Shown here in pieces: positions 60,146 through 64,000 of a DNA stretch of 64,000 bases; the first letter of the stretch is position 1, and the number at the start of each line of letters is the position of its first letter. The notes under the pieces are model-generated. The model searched no databases. It saw only the letters and a program-made list of their open reading frames with translations, and had not been told where the DNA came from. A program made the position numbers and the translations under genes. Origin of the DNA: an uncultured Pseudomonadales bacterium (GTDB taxonomy: Bacteria; Pseudomonadota; Gammaproteobacteria; Pseudomonadales; Pseudohongiellaceae); the NCBI GenBank assembly GCA_938091935.1, contig CALKNV010000035.1, forward strand, positions 684 to 64,683, given 5' to 3'.

Positions 60146-60523
60146 TCAGGCGGGTTCAGTCATACAAAATACATTCAGCTTGTTGCCGTCCAGGTCGCGA
60201 AAATACCCGGCGTAAAAAGTGTCGCCACGGGGCCCGGCAGCCCCTTCATCCTGGGCGCCAAGTTCAAGCGCCTTCTTGTAAATCGCATCCACTTTTTCCT
60301 TGCTGTCCACTGCCAGCGCAATCATGACGCCATTACCCACACTGGCAGGATTGCCATCATGTGGTGTAGTAATTGACAGCGCCGGTGCCTGTGGAGTCAC
60401 TGCCCAGGCGATAAAAGTTTCCATTTCCATGAAGCGAGACGCGCCCATCTCCGCCAATAGTTCATCGTAAAATTTTGCCGAGTTTTCCAGGTCGTTGGTA
60501 CCCAACGTGACATATCCAATCAT
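60146..60523 (-). CDS. VOC-family (glyoxalase/bleomycin-resistance fold) protein
   Basis: 125 aa with MIGYVTLGTNDLENSAKFY and FRDLDGNKL. Confidence 0.85.
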   Translation of the reverse strand: MIGYVTLGTNDLENSAKFYDELLAEMGASRFMEMETFIAWAVTPQAPALSITTPHDGNPASVGNGVMIALAVDSKEKVDAIYKKALELGAQDEGAAGPRGDTFYAGYFRDLDGNKLNVFCMTEPA

Positions 60524-60549
60524 GACTTCCCTCTAAGTTTGCTCGTTTG

Positions 60550-61122
60550 CTAATGTGAGTTTTTCAGTTCCCGGTAGCGGAAACAATTACCTGTATGGTC
60601 ATTGACCAAGCCTGCCGCCTGCATGAAGGCATAGCAGATTGTGCTACCTACAAATTTAAAGCCGCGTTTCTTGAGGTCCTTTGACATCCCGTCACTGATA
60701 GCAGTGGACGCCGGCACATCGTGGCGCAGCTTACGCTTTCCGTCGATGACCTTGCCGTCGACAAAGGACCAGATGTATTGATCAAAGCTGCCAAATTCTC
60801 GTTGCACAAGCTGACAGGCCTTGGCATTGCTGCGAATCGAGTAGAGCTTCAAGCGGTTACGAATTAGGCCGGTGTCCAGCAGGTGCTTCTCGATGGTTTT
60901 GTCGGTGAGTCGCGCCACGCGATCGATTTCAAAATTCTTGAAACATTTGCGATAGTGATCTCGCTTCTTCAGGACGGTAATCCAACTCAGCCCAGCCTGC
61001 TGACCTTCTAGGCAAATAAACTCGAACAGCTGCCGGTCATCATGAATGGGGACGCCCCATTCCTCATCATGATAAGTAATGTAGAGTTCATCCGTGCCTG
61101 GCCACCAACAGCGCTCGGTCAT
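60550..61122 (-). CDS. tag: DNA-3-methyladenine glycosylase I
   Basis: Contains RCWWPGTDELYITYHDEEWGVP, LEGQQAGLSW and the C-terminal HxxxC zinc-snap region (NDHTGNCFRY). Confidence 0.92.
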   Translation of the reverse strand: MTERCWWPGTDELYITYHDEEWGVPIHDDRQLFEFICLEGQQAGLSWITVLKKRDHYRKCFKNFEIDRVARLTDKTIEKHLLDTGLIRNRLKLYSIRSNAKACQLVQREFGSFDQYIWSFVDGKVIDGKRKLRHDVPASTAISDGMSKDLKKRGFKFVGSTICYAFMQAAGLVNDHTGNCFRYRELKNSH

Positions 61123-61248
61123 GGCTTTAGGTTAGTCCTGTTATTTTTGTTTTACTTTCTTAATTTGGTTTCTTAGTTGCGATTCTTGCTTCAGCGTTTT
61201 GCCACTCTATTAGCGCTTTTTGCAATAAGCGTCCGGGAAGGCGACTAA

Positions 61249-61268
61249 AGATCATAAATACTGTATAT
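61249..61268. promoter_or_regulatory. LexA (SOS) box
   Basis: TACTGTATATAACTACAGTA matches the gammaproteobacterial consensus TACTGTATATATATACAGTA at 18 of 20 positions (CTGT-N8-ACAG intact). It lies 127 nt upstream of tag and 353 nt upstream of the RidA gene. Confidence 0.7.
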
Positions 61269-61620
61269 AACTACAGTATTACAATCAAGCGACCTTTTGA
61301 CCTAATGACATTCTGTCTTTCTGTTTTTGCCATGGTAACCACATGGATGGTCAGTGCAAACTTCAGGCAGCGAGCATTAGCGCGCAATCTACTATTCAGA
61401 GCCGTCTTCATAAAACTATTAGCGCAAGAGTGCGGCGGCTTTGGGGCTTGTGCCAGCATCACACTAATTTTTATGCCGGATTTTGCCTCGATGCAGCTTC
61501 ACTTCCGCAGGTCGATCAAGGACAATCCCCGCCTCGAATAACAACATCTTGACTGCGCGCAGCAGTTAAGAAATAGCTAACGGTGCTCAGTAGAGTATTT
61601 GCTTAAAACAGGAGAGAGAT

Positions 61621-62076
61621 ATGTCTAAAGCGATCATGCAATGGCTCAGCGGGGTAGTTGCGGTACTTGTTCTTTGCACCGCACAATTTTCTGCAGCGCA
61701 AGAACGAAGTTATGTAAACCCAAGTAGCCCGGGTGGCAGTGGCTCGCCGTTCAGCGGTGCCGTGATGACTGACGATACCTTGTATATATCAGGCATGCTG
61801 GGCCTGGAAAATGGCCAGGTCCCAAGCGACCCAGCGCAGGAAGCGCGCAATGTACTTGATGCCATCAAGGGCACCCTGGAAGAGGCGGGCATGAGTATGG
61901 ATGATCTGGTCTACGTACAGATCTTCTGTTCCGATGTCAGCCACTACGATGCCTTCAACGCGGTCTATCGCACGTATTTCAGCCAGGAATTTCCAGCTCG
62001 TGCCTTTATTGGTGCAGGAACGCTGTTGTTTGATGCCCGCTTCGAAATTCAGGCTATCGCAGTAAAGCGTCCCTAG
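61621..62076 (+). CDS. RidA/YjgF-family protein with signal peptide
   Basis: GGAGAGAG SD and signal peptide AVLVLCTAQFSAAQ. Contains LYISGMLG, ARAFIGAGTLLFDARFEIQAIA. Confidence 0.85.
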   Translation: MSKAIMQWLSGVVAVLVLCTAQFSAAQERSYVNPSSPGGSGSPFSGAVMTDDTLYISGMLGLENGQVPSDPAQEARNVLDAIKGTLEEAGMSMDDLVYVQIFCSDVSHYDAFNAVYRTYFSQEFPARAFIGAGTLLFDARFEIQAIAVKRP

Positions 62077-62258
62077 ACGTTCTTAGCTCATTTCCAGAGT
62101 CACCTGGAGCAGCTTTGCCTGCTCCATGGCTGACCGTTACAAACAATTACAACTCTCTGCTTTAGTTCAACGCTAAGCGGTTGATATTGTTATATCTTTA
62201 TAAAACGCGGCTCCATCAAGAGAGCCACAACAAGTATTGCCCAAAAGCAGGTTTTCTC

Positions 62259-64000
62259 ATGCATAGTATTACGCGGTATCAGACCCTTTACGCGGGTTTG
62301 ATAGCACTCCCGATTTTTCTTTCTTCAACTGCCTTAGCGCAGCAGCTCAGTTCTGAGTCTGTGCGACCGACCACACAGGCTGCAGCACTGACTACTGCGC
62401 CCATAATTGATGGTGAAGTGCTGGGGGATGCTGCTTGGGCCGGTATAACACCGACCAGCGGCTTTACCCAGGTTCGACCCAACGAAGGTCAGGCTGCCAC
62501 ACAAAACACCGAGGTATTCGTCGGCTTCAGTGATGACACCCTGTACATCGGCGTCATGGCCTATGATGAAAACCCTGAAGCGATTCTGGTAACGGACAGC
62601 CGCCGAGATTCCCCGCTTGATGACACAGACAGTTTTCAAGTCATTATTGATGGCTTGCTTGATCGTCAGAATGGCTACGTCTTTGGTACTAACCCATCTG
62701 GAATGGAATTCGATGCCCAGGTCATTAACGAGGGCGGCAGCGGTGGCTTCGGCGGCCGCGGTGGAGGCACGGGAGGGTTCAATACTAACTGGGATACCAC
62801 CTGGGAGGTTGAAGCACAGATTACTGAACAGGGCTGGAGTGCAGAATTTGCTATTCCTTTTGTTGCCTTGCGTTATGGCAGCGGTGATTCCCAAACCTGG
62901 GGCATAAATTTTCAACGTAACATCCGTCGCAACAATGAGGAGTCCTACTGGGCACCACTTGATCGCAACTTTAATCTGCGTCGCGTGTCGGAAGCTGGCT
63001 TCATTGAAGGAATTGAAGTTCCCAGTCAGCGACTACTGCAGGTAACACCCTATGTTCTCAGCCTCAGTGAGCGCGGTGGTAATCTGACCTCAACCCAATC
63101 TCGCGAGGAATACGGCGTCGATATGAAGTGGGGTATTACGCCAAGTCTCACACTTGATGCGACGGTGAATACCGACTTTGCCCAGGTCGAGGTTGATGAT
63201 ATTCAGGTGAACCTTGATCGTTTTAGTCTGTTCTTCCCGGAGAAGCGCCCCTTTTTCCTTGAAAATGCGGGTCAATTCGCGATCGGCAATCCGCGCGAAG
63301 TTGAGCTTTTCTTTAGTCGTCGAATTGGTATTAACGCGGGAACGCAATTTCCAATCGAAGCCGGAGGACGCTTGACGGGTAAGATTGGTGACACCACGAA
63401 TGTTGGTCTGTTACGCATGCGCACCGAAGGTATCGAAGGAACAGTTCCCCAAAACGATTTTTCTGTGGTTCGAATCAATCAGGAACTTCCCAATCGCTCA
63501 GCAATAGGCATGATGTTTGTGGAGCGAGATGGAGATGGTGCATCCAATGGGGTGCAGGGTGATGACATCAACCGCACCTATGCGATCGATGGGCGCTGGG
63601 GTATCGGCAATTACACCGTAATTCGCGGCTGGGTATCTCAAACAGAAACACCTGGGGTCAATGGCGATGATATGGCCGGCGGTGTAACCTGGAACTTCAA
63701 CGATGAAGACTGGGCCCTTAATGCTGGTTATTCTGAGGTTGGTGCGAACTTTAATCCAGAAGTTGGGTTTCTGGCCCGAAAAGATTTTCGTAAATATGAG
63801 GCGGGCTGGCGCTATCGCTACCGACCGGAAAATTGGGGGCAACTGCAGGAGTTGCGTCCCCATATGAACTATCGTGGTTATTGGGACTTCGATGGTAACC
63901 AACAGACCGGGTACCTGCACGTGGACAACCACTGGGAATTTAACAGTGGCATGGAGATTCATACCGGTACGAACTTCACCCAGGAAGGTGTATTTGAACC
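62259..64000 (+). CDS. CBM9-like/DUF5916-family secreted protein, 3' end cut by window edge
   Basis: Frame 3 is open from ATG 62259 to the window end. It is absent from the track because no stop falls inside the window. Signal peptide ends STALAQQ. Motifs are APIIDGEVLGDAAW, WSAEFAIPF and LDRFSLFFPEKRPFFLEN. Confidence 0.75.
   Translation, partial: MHSITRYQTLYAGLIALPIFLSSTALAQQLSSESVRPTTQAAALTTAPIIDGEVLGDAAWAGITPTSGFTQVRPNEGQAATQNTEVFVGFSDDTLYIGVMAYDENPEAILVTDSRRDSPLDDTDSFQVIIDGLLDRQNGYVFGTNPSGMEFDAQVINEGGSGGFGGRGGGTGGFNTNWDTTWEVEAQITEQGWSAEFAIPFVALRYGSGDSQTWGINFQRNIRRNNEESYWAPLDRNFNLRRVSEAGFIEGIEVPSQRLLQVTPYVLSLSERGGNLTSTQSREEYGVDMKWGITPSLTLDATVNTDFAQVEVDDIQVNLDRFSLFFPEKRPFFLENAGQFAIGNPREVELFFSRRIGINAGTQFPIEAGGRLTGKIGDTTNVGLLRMRTEGIEGTVPQNDFSVVRINQELPNRSAIGMMFVERDGDGASNGVQGDDINRTYAIDGRWGIGNYTVIRGWVSQTETPGVNGDDMAGGVTWNFNDEDWALNAGYSEVGANFNPEVGFLARKDFRKYEAGWRYRYRPENWGQLQELRPHMNYRGYWDFDGNQQTGYLHVDNHWEFNSGMEIHTGTNFTQEGVFE

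Noticed and set aside
1-64000. Mobile elements, CRISPR arrays, tRNA/rRNA genes, prophage or known anti-phage defence systems
   Set aside because: No transposase, integrase, Cas, RT, nuclease-helicase or phage-like proteins appear among the translations. No direct-repeat/spacer arrays or tRNA T-arm signatures were seen by eye. A tRNA or ncRNA scan would be needed to be definitive.

Overview
This is a 64-kb chromosomal segment of a moderately GC-rich Gammaproteobacterium. The gene content suggests a marine Cellvibrionales/OM60-like organism: Oar-type TonB receptor, M14 and M16 peptidases, TAXI-TRAP, a COG1033 RND + LolA-like + DUF1302-like triad, and DUF5916. That taxonomic guess is inference only. 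I can support about 50 protein-coding genes. Housekeeping anchors are uvrA and ssb (divergent), hemH, moeA and tag. The rest are mostly envelope, transport and redox genes. By eye I found no rRNA, tRNA, CRISPR array, IS/transposase, integrase, prophage or recognisable anti-phage defence gene, so this does not look like a mobile island. The most interesting items are: (1) a tightly packed minus-strand envelope cluster at 33566-42970 (M16 lipoprotein peptidase, ABC-2 exporter, double-PDZ lipoprotein, two FG-GAP propeller paralogs, an 81-aa membrane protein) for which I know no described function; (2) a three-domain fusion at 1542-3392 with a Cys-less redoxin-like domain, a CxxCH haem site and a PHM/DBH-type copper monooxygenase that keeps all six Cu ligands; (3) an adaptor-less RND/LolA-like/beta-barrel triad at 50205-55286; (4) a near-consensus LexA box at 61249-61268 between tag and ridA, while the uvrA-ssb intergenic region has none; (5) gene decay, comprising a KefB/C-type antiporter with three independent lesions, a frameshifted ClC channel and a receiver-domain relic; (6) a REP-like palindromic repeat family showing a compensatory base-pair change. 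All product calls rest on motif recognition in the supplied translations. No database search was run.
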